Source: Eledone cirrhosa
Lineage: Eukaryota
Length of the DNA stretch: 64,000 nucleotides
Assembly: GCA_964016885.1 (NCBI GenBank)
Contig: OZ024742.1
Coordinates: 118,978,001-119,042,000, forward strand
Direction of reading: 5' to 3'
Shown: in pieces, positions 52,745 to 64,000 of the stretch
How positions within the stretch are numbered: the stretch's first letter is position 1
Layout: every line of letters begins with the position of its first letter
Made by a program: the position numbers and the translations under genes
Notes under the pieces: model-generated
Seen by the model: only the letters and a program-made list of their open reading frames with translations
Told to the model about the DNA's origin: nothing
The model's database searches: none

Positions 52745-53404
52745 CTAACTAGCCACTTAAGATTGATGCATATTGAACTGAGACACAAAGAGATAGAATA
52801 ACTACAGTATGGAGAAAAATTTTCTCACGGTCTTTACACTTTTTACGCAGTCAACCATTGCCAGTTTGACTCAATGAGCATAGAGGTGGACATAGGAAAT
52901 GAGATAATGGCAAGCAGTGTCGCTTGAACATCAGTAATTTATCCACTCATGACCGAGACACAATTGGACGTCAACACCAATCGAGTTTAGCACCGACAAT
53001 GTGTACTGCAGAAGCAATTCACTATCATGTTTAGAAGCCGGTTCATTTCCTCCCCAAAATTTTTTTTAAAGATAACATTGTAAAAAACTTTTCACAGAAG
53101 TAAGACCTGCTCAAAGTTTGAAAGATTTTTGTTCTATTCACAATTAATGCAAAACCGACACTTCTCGAGATACTTCCTTTCGTTATTGATGCCGCAGGGA
53201 AGAAACTCGTTCTAATAGACACGATGTAAATATTTTGCATTTAGGGGACCCTCCATTATCTGCTCTAATAAAAGAACCGAGCATCGACATCAGGCCGATA
53301 ATTTCTCACACATTACTCTACCTTTGTCCTCCATGTTGGCATCCTCTTGGAAAATCTAACGTAGAGCAGTTAATAGCAAAACAAAAACCAAAAGATGAGG
53401 AATC

Positions 53405-53763
53405 TGTAGCAAGAGTTGCCTCCCTTGTTATGCAATCACATCACCGCTCTCTAGACAGGAAGTAGCTGGAGTTACTTCCCGTTGGGGTGGCAGAACCCTT
53501 TTTTCCACTTCCGTCTTGGACCCTATAAAAGGGATACTCAGAGCGATCTCTCTCTCATTTGCCCTCTTCTAACCTGCCTAGCAACCTTAACATGGTCTCT
53601 TGCGAGCTAACTTCAAAACGGTAACAAATAACTTTACTTCATTCTTTCATCTACTCATGGACATGTCAACTATACTATTCTACATAACTTCAACTTGTTA
53701 ATTAAACTTTATACACACAACTGAGACTTTTGTTATATTCATACACACCAGTGTTTTGTTATA
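53405..53763 (+). mobile_element. Solo LTR related to the 54065-56025 element, opposite orientation
   Basis: TGTAGC...GTTATA termini with 4-bp TSD AATC (53401-53404, 53764-53767). Shares blocks ccctataaaa, ctcatttgccct, tcaaaacggtaac, gacatgtcaactatact and ttaattaaa with the neighbouring LTR. Confidence 0.88.
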
Positions 53764-54064
53764 AATCTATTTTCACGAACTTGATTTACACGAGATTCGT
53801 TGACCATGGACAAAATTCTTGTGATGCACAATGTACTCTAGAACGATTGTTTTCATCGGCTTGTATAGCCATAAAAAAAAAAGATATTCATCAATTTCGA
53901 ACGATAAAAAGAATTACACGATAAGCTATTAGAGGAATTCACTATAAAAACCAATGCGTTTGAAATTTATATTTAAAAGAAGCAAGTCATTCCTTTCTTA
54001 TAAAGATTTGCATTTTTACTTCTTAATTGCATAGCTGATTATACTATAGGAAAGCCATTCCTAT

Positions 54065-56025
54065 TATAGCGAAGATACTGGGTTGTATGAATGTAACAAA
54101 ACGAGACATGGTTTGTGTGTATAATATTTAATTAACAATCATGGATATAGATAGAACAGTATAGTTGACATGTCAAAGTAATAGATGATAGAATGAAGCA
54201 AAGTTAGTAGTTACCGTTTTGATTGCCAGGCAAACGCGGCTGGCAGAAGACGCCTGGCGAAAGCCAGGCGCCGGAAGGGCAAATGAGAGGCAGAGAGCCG
54301 AAAGCTATTCGTTTTATAGGGCTCTGACCGGAAGTTACAGAAAGGGTTCTACTTCCCGTCTAGATGTTAATCTATTGGGGTTGTGAGTCACAAGGGAGAC
54401 AACCGCTACATAACCTCCCGCCAGAATTTTAGAATATAAAAGTCGAATGAAAATATGTAGCAAGCTGGCGAGAATGTTGTAACAGGCATGAAAATCACGA
54501 CAAAAGAATGTTTGCAAAAATCAATGATAGATATCAAGGTAGCCAACCGCTCTTGGCCAGAGAACGACTGGACATCTATCTATCCATCAACCAAAGATAC
54601 AATGTAATAAAGTAAGAGAAGGGCTCAAAGTTCAAATGTACAAAATATAGTTCACAGGTGTGCAATCACATGACAGCAGGAAAGAAAGTGTGTTCCAGAG
54701 AATGAATGCAGGTGGTTTCTGTTCTGTGGTATATCGTGAAATTTCCAACCTCCGAATGGATTTTCTCACAGGAAGAGTGCTGCAAAAATAAATTCTCTGG
54801 CTTTGGTTGTTGGTGAAGCTGTGTTGATGTTGTTGTCTCGCTGAGTGAGCGTATTCGGTGTTTAAATTCACAGTAAAAAAAAATTTTTTCAGAAAAAATG
54901 AGTTGCGCAAAGTGCTAGAAATAGCAGCCGAAGTTGATGGTCGATGTTGAGAATGCGTTGACCTGGAAGGGTCAAGAGGCCAGCGACCAAAGAAATAAGC
55001 ATTCTGAATAAATGCGCAGTTTTCAACGGCAAATTTACGTAGTAAATTTTTAAACCGGCAAATAGGAGAATATAGCTTAAGGCTGAAGAATCCTTGGCGA
55101 GAAACGTTATCTCTGGCGTGCGGCTATCTCTGTGAGTCGAGAATTTGTGCTGCCTACACGTGCCGATACAAGGTTGAAAAAATAATATTTCTAACGCGCG
55201 AGAAAATGATAGTGCAAGTGTGAAAGTGACAATGATGAAAAAGAAAGGCTTCACTTAGCATAATTATTGGTGTGAACTTTGGAAAAAAAACTTGAACGAT
55301 GAAGAAAACGATGAAAAAAAAAAAAAGGCAATGGTTCATCGAAAATAAATGTTCCTGTTGAAATGTTTTTTAAAGAATATCGAATTTCTTTTTTTTTTTT
55401 CGTTTTGAAAGTGTTCGTTGTAAGAAACGAGAAACATGTATATATATCGTGAAATGCGACAGTTAGTTGATGCGTGAGAGAAAAAGACTGTCTGAACGCG
55501 AATTCCACATGTGCGTGTGTGCGTTTCTTTGAGTATTTTCATAGTTTGTCGATAAATTTGCTGTGTATTCGAAATGTTACTCACACAACACCAGATCTGC
55601 TATTTTTTCTTTTTTTTGGGGGGTGACCACTTATAGCGATGAACGGCTGCGTGTTCGTATCACGTCAGGGTTACCAATATAGCGAAGATACTGGGTTGTA
55701 TGAATGTAACAAAACGAGACATGGTTTGTGTGTATAATATTTAATTAACAATCATGGATATAGATAGAACAGTATAGTTGACATGTCAAAGTAATAGATG
55801 ATAGAATGAAGCAAAGTTAGTAGTTACCGTTTTGATTGCCAGGCAAACGCGAGACTGGCAGAAGACGCCTGGCGAAAGCCAGGCGCCGGAAGGGCAAATG
55901 AGAGGCAGAGAGCCGAAAGCTATTCGTTTTATAGGGCTCTGACCGGAAGTTACAGAAAGGGTTCTACTTCCCGTCTAGATGTTAATCTATTGGGGTTGTG
56001 AGTCACAAGGGAGACAACCGCTACA
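54065..56025 (-). mobile_element. Young non-autonomous LTR retrotransposon (Gypsy-type, tRNA-Trp primed)
   Basis: Direct repeats 54065-54410 and 55678-56025, identical apart from two 1-nt indels. 4-bp TSD CTAT at 54061-54064 and 56026-56029. On the minus strand, PBS TGGTAACCCTGACGTGAT follows the 5' LTR and purine-rich GGCGGGAGG precedes the 3' LTR. TATA-like CTATAAAA in the LTR. The 1.27-kb interior has no recognisable gag/pol. Confidence 0.92.
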
Positions 56026-56165
56026 CTATGATTTCACTACAGAAATCCGTTGACAATTAACGAGAACCTCTGTACTAAACCCTTCAAAGTTATTCCCCTT
56101 CATCAAACGGTCGCCGCAAACATTTACTCTCTCTTTCTCTCTCTATCTCTCTCTCTCTGTCTATC

Positions 56166-56226
<61 letters not shown>

Positions 56227-56599
56227 CATCATCCTCTATTAATGTCTATCTTCCACACTAGCATGGGTTTGTCCCATTTAGAGGCAAGTTAGGTTGGGTG
56301 ACCGTGTCTCGCTCATATAAAAGTGTTTATGGCTGGTTTTCTACGGCTGGATGCCCTTCCTAACGCCAACCACATTTACAGTGTGTGCTGGGTGCTTTTG
56401 GTCGTGTCTTTTGCATGACCACTTTACAGTGTGGGCTGGGTGATATATATATATATTGTTATACTTGGGGAGGGTCATATTGTTGTAATAATAATCCCAG
56501 AAATAATAACAGAACACACTCACTGTTAGGTTGGTCACAATTAATTCATTCAGTCCTCAATGTTTACCATTGACTGACTAACAGTAAAAAATACAGATA

Positions 56600-56790
56600 T
56601 TTGTTCCCTTTGAAATAACTGGAAGGGTTTGTCTAAAATCACCAAATAGAACAACTATCACACCTCCCATTGGAGAATCATTATTTTGAATATCTTGCAA
56701 TGGTCTATCAACAGCTTCAAACTCTCTCTTATGTGCCATTGTACATTCACTCCATATTATCAATTGGCATCTTCTGAGAATTTTACCACT
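56600..56790 (-). mobile_element. Second Helitron Pif1-helicase fragment, opposite strand
   Basis: LIIWSECTMAHKREFEAVDR...MGGVIVVLFGDFRQTLPVI corresponds to Pif1 helicase motifs II-III. Confidence 0.85.
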
Positions 56791-56999
56791 GCCAAAATCA
56801 AAAATATACATACAATATATATTATGTCAGATATTTGTTTGTTATTTTTTTCCAATGTTATTTGAATTAACACAAATATTTTTATTGTAGTTTTTTTTAA
56901 AATATTTTTTTTGAAAAAAACACAAATTTATCTGACAACTTAATACATTCTGAAATTGCAATGTTTTCTACATATGTCTAAAATTAACTACATCTTATA

Positions 57000-59900
57000 C
57001 ACATTCAGATAAACAGTTTATTTCAACAACATTACTGAGTGAACTTCCAATATATTTTATATTTGTTTCTATTTCAGAAATATTCCAGATTATTATATGA
57101 CATTACTGAGTGAACTTCCAATATATTTTATATTCCAGATTATTATACAACATTACTGATTGAACTTCCAATATATTTTATATTTGTTTCTATTTCAGAA
57201 ATATTCCAGATTATTATATGGAAGGTCATCTTCAGAGGCCAAGAGAAAGAAATCACAGCTATCTGAAGAAAGTGAAGAAGTTCAACAGGACTGTCCAGCT
57301 GCTAACAAAACCCAAACTGATTTAGCTTGAGCACAGGAATTAGTAATGGACAGACTACCATTTGAATAAAGACAAAGGACTGCTGCTACATGAGAACAAC
57401 AAATTGAGGAACAGCAGCAAATTAAATGAAATATTGATCAAGCAGATCATTCTACTGCCAAAGCAGGAGCACAAGCCACAAGAAATATGAACTGGCTGCT
57501 TTTTCTTATGACCCCCAAAAAGACTACAGCAGCAATCCATTGGAAAAATTAACAAATGCTGTCAGCATTGTGGTGCCAGGCAGCAGAAACACCAGGTTTA
57601 TGCTGCTCAAAAGGCAAAGTTAATCTTAAAACAATACAAGAGTCTCATGAATTTCTGAAGAATCTGCTTCCCCAGGATACATCAGAGGCTTGACACTTCA
57701 ATTAATACATCCAAAAATATAATTCTGCCTTTCAAATGACATCTTTTGGAGCTGAGAAGAATGTGACAGACTTTTGATTCTGTACAACTTATAAAATTCA
57801 GGGACAGTGCTACCATTTAGTGGGTGGTCTGCTACCACTCCCACAGGAGCCTCATAAATTTATGTAGGTTTACTTCCACATGGGTGGAAATGAAACAGAG
57901 ACACAACAAAGATGTACCAATGTCCATGGTGGATTGCAGTTCTACATAGTCATGAAGTTACAAGAAATTCTTCACCAACATCACATGTACGTCAGTATAT
58001 TTCAATATGCACTGAAGTACATAGATAATACCAGAGATTGTAAAATCATCCTCAGAGCAGACAAATGCCCAGCTTCAGAACATGAATGCAGGTTCATTGC
58101 ATCTGTCACTGATGAAGTTACAATCATAATGGTTGATTAACAGCCCATGGAGGCACATGGCTTAGTGGTTACAGCATTGGCCTTGCAATCAAAAGGTTGT
58201 GAGTTCAATTCTCAGACCGGCTGATGTGTTGTTTCCTTGAGCAAGACACTTTATTTCACATTGCTCCAGTTTACTCAGCTGTAGAAATGAAATGATAGGG
58301 ACTGGGGTCCCTATCATTCCACTGCAAAGTGGTCGTGTAGGTGCCACGGCAAAAAAGCACCCAGCACTCACTGTAAATGAGGTTGGTGTTAGGAAGGGCA
58401 TCCAGCTGTAGAAATCAAGCCAGAATCAGTTCCTGTCCCACCCTTGCAAGCAGGGAAAAGCGGACGTAAAAATGAAAAAAAAATGAATGACGTGACATTG
58501 TTTTGCAAAAACAAAGTGGATATTTGGAGCACATATGTGAAACTCATAGGCCCTATGACTCACTCCAATATCTGCTCATCTTCTGGAATGGTCAAGATGG
58601 ATATCATTTTCAGCTACAGCAGATCAACCCAGGAACAGGATAAAAACTGGTCGATCACTCAGTTGCAGAGAATTCTATGCCTATCATTTCTTGCAATTCA
58701 AAGAAGTAACCAGCCAGTTCATAGTAGATATGTATGCCATAATTGAGACAGAAAGATTGGGTTTCTTGCAATGGAATCAAAATAAGTTAAGAGCAAAGAA
58801 CTATATTGATGATGACCTCAAAAATATTGGTCAGCCAGTCATACACAAGATGCAATGGCCTAAAGCCAGAAAATTTGGTCAGCTGAATTTCTTTATTACA
58901 TTTACGTGCAATTCAAACTGGACAGAAATATCCAATGAACAATTTCAAAATAAGAAACTAATGGATTGACAGACCTCATTACTCCTCAGGTGTTCCATGA
59001 AAAACAAAAATAAAAAACAAAAAACAAAACACCTTTGGCTTCTAAAAGAAAGAAGAATCTTTGGTGAGCTTAGTGCTTGGATGACCACTATTGAGTGACA
59101 GAAGAGAGAATTTCCTCAATCTCACATGAATGTGGTGCAAGAAGATAAGACCAGATGACAAGATCATTCTGGTTGCCCAATAAAGATTGCAATCCAGAGC
59201 TCTTTGAAACCATCAAGACAAAACTTATCCATGGTCCATGTGGAGTCATCAATCCAACTTCACCCTGATAAAAAATGCAGCAAAAATTATCCTAGAGCTT
59301 TTATTCAGGAAACTCAGAGGGATGGATACCCACTTTATTGTAGGTGTAGACCAGAGCTTAGAGCCTATACTGTAAACCTAATACTTTAAGGAGAGGAGCT
59401 AATCATAGACAATTGATGGGTAGTCCCACATAACAGATTGTTGTGCAAACTCCTAAAAGCTCATATCAATGTTGAGTATCGCAGCTCTGACAAAGCAATA
59501 CCATATGCTACAAAATATATCAACAAAGGCAGTGACATGGCTATCTTTGTTACTGACAAGAAACTCAATGATGTGGGCTGGATGAGGTCAAATGGAATCA
59601 GATAGATCGATACATATCCAACAATGAAGCTATCTGGTGGATCTCTGGATTTGATATCTACTAATGCCACACAACAGTGGTCAACCTAGCAGTCAATCTG
59701 GAGAATGGACCACTGCTCATCAGTTGGCACAAGCACCACCTGACACTACTCTAACCACTTTTTTAAAACTCTGCTAGAATGATATGAATTTGCTTGATCC
59801 CTCCTGTATGATGAGATCTCAACATACTATAATTGGTTGTATTGCAAGACCTGGTATCGAAGGAAGCAGGGTAATATAATGGAAGGTCATGAAGTCAAGG

Positions 59901-62240
59901 TAAGTGATGCTGTTGGGCATGTTTACAATGACCACCCTAACAACAGAGAGTGTTTTCATCTACAGCTACATCTGCATACTGTTTGAAGACTGATGTCATT
60001 TGATGATGTCAGGTACTTCAGAAAAGTGGTGTGTACAACATACCAAGAAGTATGTAAACAGCATGGACTCCTGCATGACAATGGACATTGGAAGAAGACC
60101 CTAGAAAAAGCAGCAGTCACTCGAGTAGTCAGTCAAATAAGACAGTTGTTTGCTATTATACTCACAGCATGTGGAATTGATGAAACTCATCTACTCTGCC
60201 AGGAGTACAAAAACAATATGACAGACGACTATCTACACCTAGCCCAAAGACATCATGGCAATATGTATATGGAATATATCCCCAGAATTTACAACCAAGC
60301 TCTCTGTGACTTGTCCCATTGAGTTCAGGTAATGAGTAACACATTAGCTAACTGCAAGATGCCAGTGCCAGATGAAGAAATGGAGATAGTACAAGAAATT
60401 TTTCAGAAGACAAACAATAATATTCAAGCTTTGCATAAGTTTGTGGATAAAAATGAACCATGATTAGTGGATGACATGCCTACCACAATATCATGGAAAA
60501 CATTCAAAATGACAGGGGAGGACGTTTCTTCATCGATGTTCCTTCTGGTACAGGTAAGACCTTCCTCATAAATCTCCTCTTGCAAAAGTTCGCCAAAAGC
60601 AACACATTTCCCTTGCTGTAACTTCAAGAGGCATTGCAGCAACATTCAGGAATGGAGGAAGAACTACACACATGTTTGCTCATAGACCTCATACGGTATG
60701 ACACTCTTTTTGCAACATCAAAAACTCACCCAAGGGCAAGCTCCTGCAAACATGTAAGTTAACAATATGGGATTAAGCCACCATGAACCATAGACGAACA
60801 ATTGAAGCCTTGGAGTGGACAATAAGGGATCTGAGAGACAATACTTGCATAATGGGAGGAGTGACAATGTTTCTTGCTGGGGATTTCAGACAAACTCAAT
60901 CTGTAATTCCTCAAGGGACCCGAGCTGATCAGGTTGATGCTTGCACTTGATTAGTGATGAATGTCTGAGTGAATTTGCCATCCAGCTACTCAAATTGCAA
61001 AATCGACTTCTTGAAGAGGACTCCAAATACCAGATTCAGTTGACATTTGGCCATATCGTTAAAATGGAATGAGAACTGATTGCCAGAATCTTTCCAAACA
61101 TTCAGATCAGACAATATGCTCCCAAATGGCTCTGTGAATAGAATAAGCAATGTTAACACTGTAAAATGTTTCTGTGGAAGTAATCAACAGAAGGACATGC
61201 TACAATTCAGTAGACACAACCACTAAATTCTCCAAAACTTTGTAATGGCACAAGACTTATGAAAAATAGATGCCCCATGTCCTAGAAATTGCAATTATGA
61301 CAGGAAAATGTGTAGGAGACAATTGTTTCATTCCCAGAATACCTCTGTAGCCAACTAACTGATTTGCCATTTGCATTTCAAAGGCCTCAATTTCCTTTCA
61401 GATTCAGTTTTGCCATGGCCATCAATAAATCTGAAGGGCAATCAATGAAAGTTGTTCGGTTGAACCTGGCAGATACTCTCTTTTTACGTGGTTAGCTTTT
61501 TGTTGGTACTACAAAGGTTGGAAACTCTGATAGTCTCTTCATTTTAGGATCATAGGACAAAACGAAGAACGTTCTTTGGCTTTGGAATGAAAAAGTATAT
61601 AAGGCAGACTATATCATAATCCTCACTTCAATGAGAAACACATAGATCCTAATTCTTCAGTCATACAGTTTCTATGGAATTCTGAAGTCCCAACACTACT
61701 GCATGGTGTTACTTTGTGAGAATGTGCAGGCATCACCAAGTACCTCTGCTATATAAAGTAGTATAAGTGAGACATTTGTGTGGTAGATAGACTTGTTAGC
61801 AACAGAATTTCCTTCATATCAAACTCTACTGTCTCATGTATGTATATATCTATGAAGCAAAAACGAAAGGTTCTATGTGGTTGCTTGATCTAGAAAATAC
61901 ACCTCAAATCACAGCCAAATGTTTTACACTCACACAAACATACATACATACATACATGTATGTATGTCATGGAAGCCACTATAATTGTTGGTATAGCTGA
62001 TAGAAATAGAAAACAAATCTCCCTCAAACATGATCCTACTACCTTAGAGGCAAAGGTAGGTGAAAGCTACAGTGTAAAAATTTAAATGAACTTTCCTGGA
62101 TTACAGAAATGAATAAGTAAATGCTTCATAATAGTTCATTCATAAACTAATGCTTACTTTATTTTTTAATTTAATTTAATTTATGGTTTTCAAAATACCT
62201 TTCAGGTGTTTTGTTTTGCATTTTAGAGATTTTGATTTTG

Positions 62241-62318
<78 letters not shown>

Positions 62319-62544
62319 GCTGACTGTAAAAGGGAGTAATATTCAAAACAACATCATCGGACAAAACTAATAATATTTTATCTAGATGATTTGCATTGAT
62401 CAAGCGACAATGAAATTTTGCTATAATCCCTACTTTAGTGAAAATATAGTAATCCTATTATATTGGTTAAATATTTTGTAATATGTGCGAAAATATATTG
62501 TTACTTTTATAAAATATCCTGGAATTTCCGGGTACCTCTACTAG
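57000..62544 (+). mobile_element. Decayed autonomous-type Helitron (Rep-helicase pseudogene); 5' boundary uncertain
   Basis: Broken frames give CQHCGA..CCSKGKV, YNSAFQMTSFGA, Rep motifs FFITFTCNSNW / IE*QKR..PQSH / YATKYINKG, Pif1 helicase FIDVPSGTGKTF, AGDFRQ and FAMAINKSEGQS. Probable 3' end is the hairpin cctggaatttccggg followed by CTAG|T at 62541-62544. Confidence 0.88.
58148..58480 (+). mobile_element. Second tRNA-derived SINE family with RTE-like tail, inserted in the Helitron
   Basis: A box tggcttagtggt, B box gagttcaattc, core ccttgagcaagacactt, then aaaaagcacccag...aggaagggcatccag and tail gcaagcagggaaaagcggacgt. Confidence 0.8.
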
Positions 62545-63423
62545 TATATATATAAAACAAATTATAAACATTTGTTTACTAATATGGGAGATTAGTAAAT
62601 TTCAAATGGAGAGGCATAAAGCTTACCCAGATATTTTGAACATCATAGGCTGATAAATGTAATTTACTAAGTCATAGTGTGTCAATAGTATCATACTTTG
62701 TAGAAATATAACGGATTTTTTGTAACTAAACGTGATATATATATATGAAATTATAATAAAAAGGTTGCCTTTATTATTTCCAATGTTAGAAATAACCAAA
62801 TTGCTTAATGTGATGTTAAAATAGTGAGTACAGAACTATCGGTAATAAATCAATTATTGGCACATGGTTAGCAATTGGGTGGGGAGGAAACTCGATTACG
62901 TCGATCCTAGAAGGATGAATGGCAAAGCTGACCTCAGCGAGATTTGAACTCAGAAATTAGAGAGTCAAAACAAATACTTCTAAGCATTTCGTCCAACACA
63001 CTAACATCTGTCAATTGACATGACAAAAAAGTGATCCAAGGGAAATAACTGAAGGGGGGGGGGGGGGGTAAATGATGGATTCAGATCTGCTTCTCAGCCG
63101 GGCCCATAAGAATTTTGGGGGTCCACACACGCAAACAGTAAATTGGGGTTCATGAAAAAATGATGCTTTCAAAGAAAATATCTTAAGCCATAGAGAAAGA
63201 AAACGGAATTAAAAACAAAAACAAAAATAAAACAGTTAACAAAAGCAGTTGATTAACAAATTCCCTGGGGAATTAATCGACATCAAAAGAAATGATACTG
63301 GAGAAGGCAATAACAATGACAACCAAAATCAGTGGTAATGAAGTGAACCTACATTCACACTCACAGACATACACGCACACACAGCCGAAGCTGTACCGAT
63401 TCTCTTCGACTAGCTTCGTGTAG

Positions 63424-63469
63424 ATTCCGAGCTGAGGATCCGCTAAAGTGAAACAATTGTTCTCGGTAT
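63424..63469 (+). ncRNA. Type I hammerhead ribozyme motif (PLE terminal-repeat type), stem II degenerate
   Basis: ccgag-CTGAGGA-tccgctaaagt-GAAAC-aatt-GTT-ctcgg: stem I pairs, both core motifs are present, and stem III is the palindrome ACAATTGT. Lies about 115 bp from the Penelope ORF. Confidence 0.65.
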
Positions 63470-63584
63470 GGTGAACTAACTGTTGTGTAACCACTTCTAC
63501 CTAACTCGTTCCATGGACTGAGTGCTCTACCACTACGGATATTACCTTCCAGTGCTCCACCACTATATATATATATATATATAT

Positions 63585-64000
63585 ACCCTCAACCTCAACA
63601 CCAAGCTACACCACCCATATCATAAACCCAATGAGAATCTGGTGTATATCAACGCTGGGTCCAATCACCCTAGATCAATAGTTAAGGCCGTAGTTAAGAG
63701 TGTCTCTGACATGATCTCTAACTTGTCGGCCAATAAAGAGATCTTCAATAGTAACGCTGATTACTATAACTCAGCGCTAGCCAAGGCGTCCCACAGCCAT
63801 AGGATCAGCTACAACCCTAAGGGACATGATCGAGATGAACCAAGGGTACCCCGGACCAATACCCTCAAGGGCATGAGACGCCCACCTAATACCTCGGTGA
63901 CCAGTAGTAACACTCCCAGACCCTTATCCGTCACCACCCCCGGTAGAAGGTCCCGCATACCCCACCGGTCTAATACCTACAACGCTGAAGACCACTGTGC
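63585..64000 (+). mobile_element. Penelope-like element RT thumb/linker fragment, open to the window end
   Basis: TLNLNTKLHHPYHKPNENLVYINAGSNHPRSIVKAVVKSVSDMISNLSANKEIF matches the PLE motif Y.KP....YI...SNHP; no stop codon up to 64000. Confidence 0.85.

Noticed and set aside
48180-53040. Flanks of the Gypsy insertion (48180-48581 and 52750-53040) look like decayed coding DNA
   Set aside because: No frame yields a recognisable motif; left unannotated.
54632-55584. ORFs of 61-121 aa inside the non-autonomous LTR element
   Set aside because: Low-complexity, Phe-rich translations of A/T runs with no gag, pol or env motifs.
55645-55676. tRNA-Trp gene
   Set aside because: Only the 3' portion is present, it includes an encoded CCA and abuts an LTR, so it is a primer-site copy rather than a gene.
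5200-62403. Numerous short ORFs rich in YI/CV/HT repeats or antisense to TE ORFs
   Set aside because: They are translations of microsatellites, SINE bodies or shadow frames, not genes.

Overview
AT-rich, repeat-dense animal genomic DNA; the SINE/LINE repertoire and (TA)n/(CA)n content suggest an octopod cephalopod (inference). The window holds two host genes, both on the minus strand. (1) The 5' part of PRPF39 (U1 snRNP-associated HAT-repeat splicing factor): 8 phase-compatible coding exons (343 codons) between 36222 and 379, continuing beyond the left edge. (2) An intronless 430-aa Speedy/RINGO CDK-activator gene at 44631-45923. The rest is mostly mobile DNA: a complete but decayed Ty3/Gypsy element with TSD (48587-52744), a very young non-autonomous LTR element (54065-56025) and a related solo LTR, a decayed Helitron, CR1-, RTE-, R4- and CRE-like LINE remnants, a Penelope-like element with an adjacent hammerhead motif, tRNA-derived SINEs, MITEs and minisatellites. 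The most notable observations are: a minisatellite made of amplified copies of the PRPF39 5' splice donor; an LTR element whose primer site is an over-long tRNA-Trp copy with a substitution exactly at position 58 plus a duplicated LTR/PBS junction; a Gypsy element lacking a canonical PBS whose primer site matches the 5' end of tRNA-Phe and its own U5; and an inverted LINE pair within one PRPF39 intron. All calls were made by eye and TE boundaries without TSDs are approximate.
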